Virus record (IMG/VR): IMGVR_UViG_3300036796_000078
Coordinates: 1 to 43,071 of that record
Source of the DNA: a virus
Lineage: Duplodnaviria; Caudoviricetes
DNA: 43,071 nt
Reading direction: 5' to 3' (one strand)
Part shown: piece after piece, positions 8,061 through 15,883 of the stretch
Layout of the letters: each line of letters opens with the position of its first letter
How positions within the stretch are numbered: the stretch's first letter is position 1
Translations under genes and position numbers: made by a program
The notes under the pieces: generated by a model
Told to the model about the DNA's origin: nothing
Seen by the model: only the letters and a program-made list of their open reading frames with translations
The model's database searches: none

Positions 8061-8887
8061 GCAATTTGCTTCAGGTTTACAAAAACAAAGACGACAACGA
8101 AACCGACATCACGGTACGTAAAACTTACCTGCTGGGTGTTAGTGAGCTGTATATCGAACCTGGTTACAACGTTCGCGATATCGATCAGGCTCACGTCGAA
8201 GAATTCCGCGATGCGTACATTGCCGGTGAGAACGTTCCACCTCTGACAGTTCAGGTCACAGAGCAGGGTGTGAAGGTGATCGACGGTCACCACCGCCTGC
8301 ATGGCGCGAAGCTGGCACAGGATGCAGGATATGAAATCCGCCTGGAGTGCAAAGACTTCGTAGGCAACGAAGCCGAGCGCATCGCTTTCATGGTGACGAG
8401 CAGTCAGGGCCGCCCACTGGAGCCGCTGGAACGCGCTGCAGCTTATCAGCGTCTGAAAAATCAGGGCTGGGAACCGGCAGAAATCGCGAAGAAGGTTAAG
8501 CGCTCGGTGGCAGACGTCGATCACCATCTGGCGCTACTGACCGTAGGTGATGGCTTAATCGAAATGGTTAAGACCGGCGAAGTCGCGGCCACAACTGCAG
8601 TGGCGATGGTGCGCGAGCATGGCGCGCAGGCTGAGACGGTAGCCAAAACGCAACTTGCAAAAGCGAAAGCCAGCGGCAAGAAGAAACTGACGCGCTCTGC
8701 TGCCATTCCACAATTTAGCCCTCTGCGTGCCAATCGCTTACTTGAATTGCTGGTTAACGTGAAGTTTGACCATGAGCCAGATGGCGAATTGACTATTTAC
8801 GTATCACCAGATTATTCCAAAGAATTCTCAAAAATCATGGGTGAGTTTCAGCAATTTCAGCGGGACCAGAACCCGGAGGGCGCGTAA
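8057..8887 (+). CDS. ParB/Spo0J-like protein (CTPase fold plus HTH)
   Basis: YNVR, VPPLTV, IDGHHRL, HTH EPAEIAKKVKRSVADV; GGGAG RBS before ATG 8057. Confidence 0.85.
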   Translation: MSNLLQVYKNKDDNETDITVRKTYLLGVSELYIEPGYNVRDIDQAHVEEFRDAYIAGENVPPLTVQVTEQGVKVIDGHHRLHGAKLAQDAGYEIRLECKDFVGNEAERIAFMVTSSQGRPLEPLERAAAYQRLKNQGWEPAEIAKKVKRSVADVDHHLALLTVGDGLIEMVKTGEVAATTAVAMVREHGAQAETVAKTQLAKAKASGKKKLTRSAAIPQFSPLRANRLLELLVNVKFDHEPDGELTIYVSPDYSKEFSKIMGEFQQFQRDQNPEGA

Positions 8888-9513
8888 TGCCTTACCAGCT
8901 CATCTACGCCGATCCACCGTGGCAATACAACAACAGCGCCAGCAATGGCGCTGCTGCTGACCACTACAACACCATGACGATGACTGACCTTAAGCGCCTG
9001 CCCGTTTGGGCGCTTGCAGAGGAGAACGCGGTGCTGGCTATGTGGTACACCGGCACACATAACCAAGAGGCTCGCGAACTGGCTGAGTCGTGGGGATTCC
9101 GTGTTCGCACCATGAAGGGGTTCACCTGGGTGAAGATGAACCAGCGTGCAGAAGAGCGCTTCAACCGCGCGCTGACCGAACAGACCATTCACGACTTCAC
9201 TGACCTGCTGGACTTGCTGAACGCAGAAACACGCATGAACGGCGGCAACCACACTCGCAGCAACACAGAGGATGTGCTGATTGCAACGCGCGGCACCGGG
9301 CTGGAACGCGCCAGCGCATCGGTAAAGCAGGTTGTGTATTCATGCCTGGGCGAACACAGCGCGAAGCCGTGGGAAGTGAGAAACCGTCTGGAGCAACTTT
9401 ATGGTGACGTGTCACGCATTGAGCTGTTTGCGCGAACCGCCGCCGATGGCTGGGATTGCTGGGGCAACCAGTGTGACAGCAGCGTGCAACTGATCGCCGG
9501 GAGGGTGGCATGA
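8887..9513 (+). CDS. MT-A70 family N6-adenine DNA methyltransferase
   Basis: IYADPPW, FTWVK, HSAKP, RIELFAR, WDCWGN. Confidence 0.9.
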   Translation: MPYQLIYADPPWQYNNSASNGAAADHYNTMTMTDLKRLPVWALAEENAVLAMWYTGTHNQEARELAESWGFRVRTMKGFTWVKMNQRAEERFNRALTEQTIHDFTDLLDLLNAETRMNGGNHTRSNTEDVLIATRGTGLERASASVKQVVYSCLGEHSAKPWEVRNRLEQLYGDVSRIELFARTAADGWDCWGNQCDSSVQLIAGRVA

Positions 9514-9737
9514 ACAACCTAACCGATAAGCAAGTAGCTGACTGGATTAAGGCTCTCCGCTATGAGAAAGCTCAGGGCTCAATCAGCCTGGCGCATTCAC
9601 GCTTTCTTGAGGTTCTCGATCGCATGGTGACTGCAGAAGCGCGCGTTGCTGAGCTTCAAGAGCAGATTGAAAGTTCAGCGCTGCAAGCCATAGCAGACGC
9701 AGCTGCCGATGACTTTTACCGGAGCGAGGAAAAATGA
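9510..9737 (+). CDS. Hypothetical coiled-coil protein
   Basis: ATGA coupling, RBS. Confidence 0.65.
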   Translation: MNNLTDKQVADWIKALRYEKAQGSISLAHSRFLEVLDRMVTAEARVAELQEQIESSALQAIADAAADDFYRSEEK

Positions 9738-10123
9738 GCAGCAGAGAGCAGTTCGAAGCATGGGCGAAGGCTGAAGGTTTAATAAACGACCCCCTTGGAA
9801 TCCGCTGGGTGAACGAGGAATTTCTTAACGCTTGCTGGAAAGCATGGCAGGCATCACGGCAAGCCATTGAAATTGCCCTGCCAGTTCTGGAGCAGCAGGA
9901 ATCCACAACGGACACCCACTGGCAGATTGAAAATGATGGCTGGATTGAGTGGCATGGTGATTGCGGTCCGTACCACAAACCTGTTGATGGCTGTGTTGAA
10001 GTGAAATTTAAGGGCGGCGGGAAAAACAGAGGTAGCTCAAGCATCTGGAGCTGGAAGCATAACGATTGTGATAGCGACATCATCGCCTACCGGCAGATTG
10101 AAAATGATGGGAGGGAAGGATGA
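9734..10123 (+). CDS. Hypothetical modular nin-region protein
   Basis: REQFEAWA...WKAWQASR module plus GWIEWHG...DIIAYR module. Confidence 0.75.
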   Translation: MSSREQFEAWAKAEGLINDPLGIRWVNEEFLNACWKAWQASRQAIEIALPVLEQQESTTDTHWQIENDGWIEWHGDCGPYHKPVDGCVEVKFKGGGKNRGSSSIWSWKHNDCDSDIIAYRQIENDGREG

Positions 10124-10260
10124 GCGACTTAGCATTGGCGCTACTGGTTGTAGCCCCACTCGGTCTATATCAGCTTCACAGCGAAGGAAAGCTGAACATC
10201 CGTGGCTTACTCATTGAACCGCTAATGACGATTTTGAATCTGTTCCGGGGTGATAAGTGA
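10120..10260 (+). CDS. 46-aa hydrophobic protein, not in the ORF track
   Basis: ATGA and GTGA overlaps with both neighbours; GGAGG RBS. Confidence 0.55.
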   Translation: MSDLALALLVVAPLGLYQLHSEGKLNIRGLLIEPLMTILNLFRGDK

Positions 10261-10457
10261 GCGAAGAACTTAAGCCATGCCCGTTCTGCGGTGGTGATAA
10301 CGTCCAGATCGGTAGCAGCGGGATATGGACGGGCCAGCGCATTAGGCCAACCAAATATTTTATCGATCACATCTGTCATGAGGGTGTGGATGTATCTGCC
10401 TTTGGTATAACCGAAGAGGCGTGCATTGCACGCTGGAACAACCGGGAGGGTTCATGA
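10257..10457 (+). CDS. Lar-family restriction alleviation-like protein
   Basis: ELKPCPFCGG...ARWNNR. Confidence 0.75.
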   Translation: MSEELKPCPFCGGDNVQIGSSGIWTGQRIRPTKYFIDHICHEGVDVSAFGITEEACIARWNNREGS

Positions 10458-10524
10458 CAATCCAAACCAGCGGCGATGATTGCCGTGAAAGTGGAGTGGA
10501 GAAAACCAACAAAGGGAGTGCTGA

Positions 10525-11004
10525 ATGATGCGAGGTTACCAACCAGTGAATCAGCAAGGCACTCCAAATCCGCCGCCCAAGAACCCGAACCAAGTACCGG
10601 TAAGTTCGGCGAATGAGGAAAATCACGCTGGTGGCGCGGTGAAATTCACTCTGCCATTTCCTCCAAGCGTAAACACTTACTGGAGAAACACCTGCAAGGG
10701 GGTATTGATCAGCGCCTCCGGGCGCTGTTTCCGATCCAATGCGATTGCGGCGGTATACAAACAGCTAAAGCGCAAGCCTAAGCCGATTACAGTGAATGTT
10801 GCAGTAACGGTGATGCTGTACCCGCCAGACAAGCGCATGCGTGATTTGGACAACTACCTGAAAGCTGCATTCGATAGCCTGACACATGCTGGCGTGTGGA
10901 TGGATGATAAGCAGATTAAGCGCCTGATAGTTGAATGGGGTCCAGTTACTAAGGGCGGTAAATCCGAGGTTACGATAAGCGAATATCAGGCGGTGGCAGC
11001 ATGA
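10525..11004 (+). CDS. rusA: RusA-family Holliday junction resolvase (core starts at GTG 10639)
   Basis: LPFPPSVNTYWR, RDLDNYLKAAFDSL, DDKQI. Confidence 0.92.
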   Translation: MMRGYQPVNQQGTPNPPPKNPNQVPVSSANEENHAGGAVKFTLPFPPSVNTYWRNTCKGVLISASGRCFRSNAIAAVYKQLKRKPKPITVNVAVTVMLYPPDKRMRDLDNYLKAAFDSLTHAGVWMDDKQIKRLIVEWGPVTKGGKSEVTISEYQAVAA

Positions 11005-12005
11005 GGGCGATACTGACACCTGAAATCGCGCATCAAACTGGCATTGTGCTGCTGAAGCCGGGCCGCGAGCTGCTACCGATGTTTCGTGGCCGCGTTCTGG
11101 TGTGCACCCCATCGGGCGATGTATCGAATCTGCCATCAGGTTTAATCAACGACAGCGCACAGCCATTGCTTGATGAGCCGCTGCTGAAAACCTTCCTCGC
11201 TGATGAACGAGTGATCGATGCTGCTGGTGGATGGGAGGCACACGTCACATGGGTGCAAAAAATTCGCTCCTGTCAGCAACACGAAAAAGATTCTTATCAT
11301 CACCACGATTACACTACGTTGCGGACCGAACGCGGAGCGGTTTGCCTGTGCTATACCCACGATAATTTTTGTCGTGCCAATGGCGCACCGGCAAAGCTGG
11401 AAGAAGTCGCAGCAGGCAACCTTTCCCGCTGGATTATCGAATCAGCATGCATCCAAATGGGATTAGGCGCAGATCACCTGATGACGTTGCCAGAGCTGTG
11501 CTGGTGGGCATGCATCAGGGAAGTTATCGACCTGATACCGGAAGCCCCGGCGCGGCGTGTTCTACGTATGCCGGTGGAGAAGCCAGCAACCGGGCCAATG
11601 CCGGAGGCAGATATCAACCGGGCGCGCGCTGCGCGGGAAGTGATTCAGGAAGCGGTAGAGTCGGTTAAGCAGGTTATGACCATCAAAGCCGACCCGGATT
11701 CGCCGCAGTCGTTTATGGCGAGACCAAAACGGCTGCGTTGGAGCAGTGAAAAATACACGCGTTGGGTCAAGGTACAGCCATGCGCCTGCTGCAATAAACC
11801 AGCAGACGACCCACACCACATAATCGGACACGGGCAGGGAGGAATGGGAACGAAGGCGCATGATTTGTTTGTGATACCGCTTTGCAGGGCGCATCACGAT
11901 GAACTGCACCGGGATATGAGGGCATTCGAAGAAAAATACGGCAGTCAGTTAGACCTGCTGTTCAGGTTCCTTGATCACTCGATTGCAGTCGGCGTGATCG
12001 GGTAA
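11001..12005 (+). CDS. DUF968/YdfU-family protein
   Basis: TLPELCWWA; CACC..ADDPHH..PLCRAHHDELH; lies between rusA and Q. Confidence 0.85.
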   Translation: MRAILTPEIAHQTGIVLLKPGRELLPMFRGRVLVCTPSGDVSNLPSGLINDSAQPLLDEPLLKTFLADERVIDAAGGWEAHVTWVQKIRSCQQHEKDSYHHHDYTTLRTERGAVCLCYTHDNFCRANGAPAKLEEVAAGNLSRWIIESACIQMGLGADHLMTLPELCWWACIREVIDLIPEAPARRVLRMPVEKPATGPMPEADINRARAAREVIQEAVESVKQVMTIKADPDSPQSFMARPKRLRWSSEKYTRWVKVQPCACCNKPADDPHHIIGHGQGGMGTKAHDLFVIPLCRAHHDELHRDMRAFEEKYGSQLDLLFRFLDHSIAVGVIG

Positions 12006-12029
12006 ATTAAAAAGCGTGGAGGAATATTT

Positions 12030-12458
12030 ATGCGTGACATGTCACAGGTATTAGAACGTTGGGCAGGATGGGCGCGCTCTGATCGTAGCGGTGTAGATTA
12101 CTCACCAATTGCGGCTGGGTTCAAAGGGCTGCTACCACAGGATTCAAAAATGACCCTGTCATGCACTGATGATGATGGATTGGTAATTGAGTCATGCTTA
12201 GCCAAACTTCGCGCCCGCCGTCCTGATGAGCACGAGTTAATTGTGTTGCATTACTTTTACAACATATCTAAACGCAAGCTGGCTCAGCGCGCGAAATGCG
12301 ACGAGAAGATGATCCGCATTCAGGTCCAAATGGCTGAAGGTTTTATTGAAGGCTGTCTGGCATGGCTGGATGTTCGGCTTGAAATGGACCCCGAATTAGA
12401 GCCAAGAAAAATTATTCAAAAAACATTAACGCGGTCCGCAAAATCATTGGTAATGTGA
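12030..12458 (+). CDS. Q: Late antiterminator Q
   Basis: MRD..QVLERW.GW...DYSPIAAGFKGLLP...AEGFIEGCL; precedes the lysis genes. Confidence 0.9.
   Translation: MRDMSQVLERWAGWARSDRSGVDYSPIAAGFKGLLPQDSKMTLSCTDDDGLVIESCLAKLRARRPDEHELIVLHYFYNISKRKLAQRAKCDEKMIRIQVQMAEGFIEGCLAWLDVRLEMDPELEPRKIIQKTLTRSAKSLVM
12426..12456 (+). promoter_or_regulatory. Probable late promoter pR'
   Basis: TTAACG...TAATGT at the 3' end of Q; 19-nt spacing is non-canonical. Confidence 0.45.
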
Positions 12459-12523
12459 TAAGAGTCGTTACTACGCAGTACTACTTATCATCAAGAATCA
12501 GTTGCAAATAACGTGAGTGATTT

Positions 12524-12560
12524 AAAGCGCCCGAAGCCTCACCAGCTCTCGGGCGTTTTT
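12524..12560 (+). terminator. tR'-like terminator
   Basis: GCGCCCGA...TCGGGCGT followed by a T-run. Confidence 0.75.
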
Positions 12561-12808
12561 GTTTTCATCTCATGGAAACTCAAATTTGAGTGATTTTGCG
12601 ATTGCTTGAGAACAATTAACCCTGTGGCTGACGGGCCAGGTAACTATCGCGGAATGCGTCAGGGTTCATATTTTAGAGGGTCGCCATAGAGCGGCCTTCT
12701 TTCGTTTTTGCGCCCGCCAATCACTGTTATCCGAAATTTTCACGCCGTGGCGGTGCGCAATTTTTTATTTCGAGACTACCGACGGCACCGACCTATTGGG
12801 AGGTGAGG

Positions 12809-13171
12809 ATGAAACGTATGCCAGATAAAGACCCAGGCTTTTGGGCAGCGCTGCTTGCCTGGCTTTATGCCCACAAGAATGAATCAGGCTATGCCGCTCT
12901 TGCTGGAGTAATGGCGATTCTTCGCGCCACATACATCGGCGTTGACACATGGCCCCGACGTTTGCTGGATGCTGCAATGTGCAGCGTGTTCGCTTTCTTC
13001 CTTCAGCCGACGCTACAAATTCTTGGTTCGGTTTTTAACTGGAACTTCAGCACTGGCTCCACGCAAGTCGCAGCTGTTTTCCTTGGATTCCTTGGCGTTG
13101 ATTATATCTCGTCAAAGTTACGCCGGTTTATCGACAAGCGAGCAGGAGATACGAATGCTGACACCCAGTAA
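12809..13171 (+). CDS. Lambda-family holin with dual-start motif (M-K-R-M)
   Basis: Three TM segments, FLGFLGVD, basic C-terminus; ATGs at 12809 and 12818. Confidence 0.88.
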   Translation: MKRMPDKDPGFWAALLAWLYAHKNESGYAALAGVMAILRATYIGVDTWPRRLLDAAMCSVFAFFLQPTLQILGSVFNWNFSTGSTQVAAVFLGFLGVDYISSKLRRFIDKRAGDTNADTQ

Positions 13172-13799
13172 TTTCCAGCGCGCTACTGGCGTATCTGATG
13201 CGTTGCGCGACAAGTGGTTTCCCCGCATCGCTGCCAGCATGAGCTCATTCGGAATCAATACCCCATTACGTCAGGCACACTTTCTGGCGCAGGTGGGGCA
13301 TGAGTCAGCCGGATTCACGAAAGTGGAAGAGGGGCTGAATTATCGATACGGCGTTCTGCTGGCGATGTTTGGTAACAGAATCAGCCAGGATGCCGCCTTC
13401 AAATATGGGCGAGTCGATGCCGGTCCAGACGCGCACCCTGCAAATCAGAAGATGATTGCAAACATCATTTATGCCAACAGAAACGGCAATGGTGATGTTG
13501 CCTCCGGGGATGGTTATCGCTATCGCGGACGTGGGCTGATTCAGATTACCGGCAAAGCGAACTACAAAGCTATTGCCGGGCAGCTAAGCGCTGATGTGGT
13601 GGCAAACCCTGACCTGCTGACTGAAAACCTTCAAGCGGCGATGTCAGCAGCTGCATGGTGGAAGAATCACGGCTTAAACGAACTGGCAGACCTTGATGAT
13701 GTTACTCGCATCACCAAAGTCATTAACGGTGGCACTAACGGTCTGGAAGACAGGAAATCCCGCTTACTAAAAGCTAAGGGGATTCTATGTTCAACGTAA
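13155..13799 (+). CDS. GH19 family endolysin
   Basis: FLAQVGHES, YRGRGLIQITG..NY, INGGTNGLEDR; AGGAG RBS before ATG 13155. Confidence 0.92.
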   Translation: MLTPSNFQRATGVSDALRDKWFPRIAASMSSFGINTPLRQAHFLAQVGHESAGFTKVEEGLNYRYGVLLAMFGNRISQDAAFKYGRVDAGPDAHPANQKMIANIIYANRNGNGDVASGDGYRYRGRGLIQITGKANYKAIAGQLSADVVANPDLLTENLQAAMSAAAWWKNHGLNELADLDDVTRITKVINGGTNGLEDRKSRLLKAKGILCST

Positions 13800-14260
13800 T
13801 CGGCTTTATCCGAAACTATTCGCACGTAATCATCATTGGTCTTATCTGCATTTGTCTCTGGGGACTGAATGCCCGTAACTCACAGCTGACGGCTACCAAC
13901 GAGCGGCTGGAGCAACTGGCAAACAGCAAAGACGGTCAGATAAACGACCTGCGCTCCAAGAACGACGACTTAGCCGCCAGCGTCAATGACCTGGTGAAGG
14001 CGGTTAACAAGCAAAACGAGGTGATGAGTCAGGTTGCAGAGCAGCGCGCCCTAACAGCAGACCAGAACCGGAAACTTCAGAATGAAATTAAGCAATACCT
14101 TGCAGCTGATAAGAACGCTGCCGCTCCTGTGCCTCCTGATGCTGTTAAGCGGTTGCGAGACGCCGCGAAGTCAGCCAGTGGAGTACAGAACGATAAAGCA
14201 GACCCGGTTAAATCTGCCAGCGGAACTGACCAGCCCGATAAAGGCACCGGAACCCGCTAG
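13787..14260 (+). CDS. i-spanin (Rz-like)
   Basis: N-terminal TM plus coiled coil, follows the endolysin. Confidence 0.85.
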   Translation: MFNVIGFIRNYSHVIIIGLICICLWGLNARNSQLTATNERLEQLANSKDGQINDLRSKNDDLAASVNDLVKAVNKQNEVMSQVAEQRALTADQNRKLQNEIKQYLAADKNAAAPVPPDAVKRLRDAAKSASGVQNDKADPVKSASGTDQPDKGTGTR

Positions 14261-14369
14261 CGCAATGAGCTATGGCGACTCAGTCGAGCTGAACGTAGTG
14301 CTCTATGGCGTAGTTGAGCAATGCAATAACGACAGGGCAGCTATTCGTAAGATAGAGGCGGTGAACTGA
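14082..14369 (+). CDS. o-spanin lipoprotein (Rz1-like)
   Basis: Lipobox LLSGC; overlaps the i-spanin in another frame. Confidence 0.85.
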   Translation: MKLSNTLQLIRTLPLLCLLMLLSGCETPRSQPVEYRTIKQTRLNLPAELTSPIKAPEPASAMSYGDSVELNVVLYGVVEQCNNDRAAIRKIEAVN

Positions 14370-14614
14370 TGGCAGTTTTCTTTGGAAGGGAGAATAAACA
14401 GGATTGGGAGTACACCGGCCTGTTTGCAAACATCGCACCTGTCTATATACGAAACCTTGAATCCGGCGAGCCAGATGTGTGCGCTGCTAACGGTGTGCCC
14501 GAGTGGTTCTTCGACCTGATCACCTTTCTGGCCTGCTATATGCCGCTGCCATATGAAGGTTTCATGTTCACGCACGTAAAACCCATAGTGAAATCAAAAG
14601 AGGCAACGCAATGA
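14369..14614 (+). CDS. Hypothetical protein
   Basis: TGATG coupling to Rz1, GAGG RBS. Confidence 0.65.
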   Translation: MAVFFGRENKQDWEYTGLFANIAPVYIRNLESGEPDVCAANGVPEWFFDLITFLACYMPLPYEGFMFTHVKPIVKSKEATQ

Positions 14615-14892
14615 GCGAAGCAAAGCCGCAGGACGGCACCACTGTTAAGGGTTACCGCACGCTGGGCCCGAAAGAAATTGAAGATATGAATGAGCTGAAA
14701 AAAGTAAGCCGTGAATTCTGTCAGTTGCTGGAAAAGCAAAAGGCGTGGGTGCAGGACGAATTGTCTGCTACTGGTAATCACTCAGCTGAAGCGCATGAAG
14801 CTGGCCGCTGTTTGTCGATTGCTCGCACCAAGATGCAAGAAGCCTGTATGTGGGCATGCCGATCAGTTGCTCGACCTGACGCTGATTGCTAA
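14611..14892 (+). CDS. Acb2/Vs.4-like cyclic-nucleotide sponge (anti-CBASS)
   Basis: VKGYRTL...EIEDMN..K and GRCLSIARTKMQEACMWACRSVARP match the recalled Acb2 termini. Confidence 0.8.
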   Translation: MSEAKPQDGTTVKGYRTLGPKEIEDMNELKKVSREFCQLLEKQKAWVQDELSATGNHSAEAHEAGRCLSIARTKMQEACMWACRSVARPDADC

Positions 14893-14992
14893 AGAATCCT
14901 CCGACAAGGGATAACGGTTAGCCACGCTGTGAAGCGTTGCGAATCTGGGGAAAATTGATTAATACTCTTACCTTCAAGATAAGGAGGTAGGA

Positions 14993-15409
14993 ATGAGTTG
15001 GGCTACGTTTTGGTCTGCCGCTTCGGCTGTATCTGCACTGTTTACAGTCCTTACGGCGATTTGGGCGATGTTTAGATGGAAGAAGCAAGATGAACTGAAA
15101 GCAAAATTAAATTTCAAATTGTATGTTAGTCATTACGCGGCATGTTTAGCATCTATGCCCGAAAAACTTGATACTGCCCATGTCAGAAACTCAGTAGTTG
15201 CAAAATGTGAGGAGCTATCAGCCCATCTCACGGCATGTTTTACGGCTAAGCTCGTATTGGAACATCTATTAGATAAAGAGGAAGAGGTTGGGCAAGCGTG
15301 GGATTTCATCTTCAAGAATAATAAAAACTACTTTTCCGGAGAAATGCCTAAACGGGAAATTGGAGAGAAATGCATGGTCATATTACACCACCCCTTCGTT
15401 TTCAAATAA
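14993..15409 (+). CDS. AT-rich moron protein with N-terminal TM helix
   Basis: TAAGGAGG RBS; candidate promoter TTGCGA(14937)-17-TAATAC(14960). Confidence 0.75.
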   Translation: MSWATFWSAASAVSALFTVLTAIWAMFRWKKQDELKAKLNFKLYVSHYAACLASMPEKLDTAHVRNSVVAKCEELSAHLTACFTAKLVLEHLLDKEEEVGQAWDFIFKNNKNYFSGEMPKREIGEKCMVILHHPFVFK

Positions 15410-15533
15410 TACCCTGCGATATGGAATGTCTTGTAGACAAGCTGTGATGCGTTGCTACATTGTGAGATAAATTCGCTTCTCTCAGATAAATCCTAACGCT
15501 AATGTGTAGGCTCACTTAAGCAAAGGAGGCTTC

Positions 15534-15743
15534 ATGTTAGAGAATTATTTCGGTACTCAAGGCAGCACCCGCGAGCAGAAACAAAGGCTTCTAGCAGTTC
15601 AAGCCGCTCTTGAGATCATCAAGGCTTCTGTTAGCTCATCTTCGGGGCAAGCAAAAGATTTAAAGCTTAGGTATGACATCGACAATTCTGTAGCTGGTAT
15701 TGAGCAACTTGCAGACGCAATACAGAAAGCCTTAGAAAATTGA
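15534..15743 (+). CDS. Small helical moron protein
   Basis: AAGGAGG RBS; followed by a terminator. Confidence 0.75.
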   Translation: MLENYFGTQGSTREQKQRLLAVQAALEIIKASVSSSSGQAKDLKLRYDIDNSVAGIEQLADAIQKALEN

Positions 15744-15746
15744 ACA

Positions 15747-15769
15747 AGCCGCCTTCGGGCGGTTTTTTT
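15747..15769 (+). terminator. Intrinsic terminator
   Basis: AGCCGCC-TTCG-GGCGGTT followed by a T-run. Confidence 0.88.
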
Positions 15770-15883
15770 GTGCTGAAAACTGCATTCACTGAGTTCATTT
15801 TTCAGAATAAAAACAATGATTCATCGGTTGGCGTTATCGTCCTCGCCGAGTGTTATATCTATCTGGCCAGCAGGAAATGCTAA

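Noticed and set aside
12942-13154. Extended endolysin N-terminus as a signal or SAR domain
   Set aside because: Lies within the holin gene; AGGAG RBS supports ATG 13155
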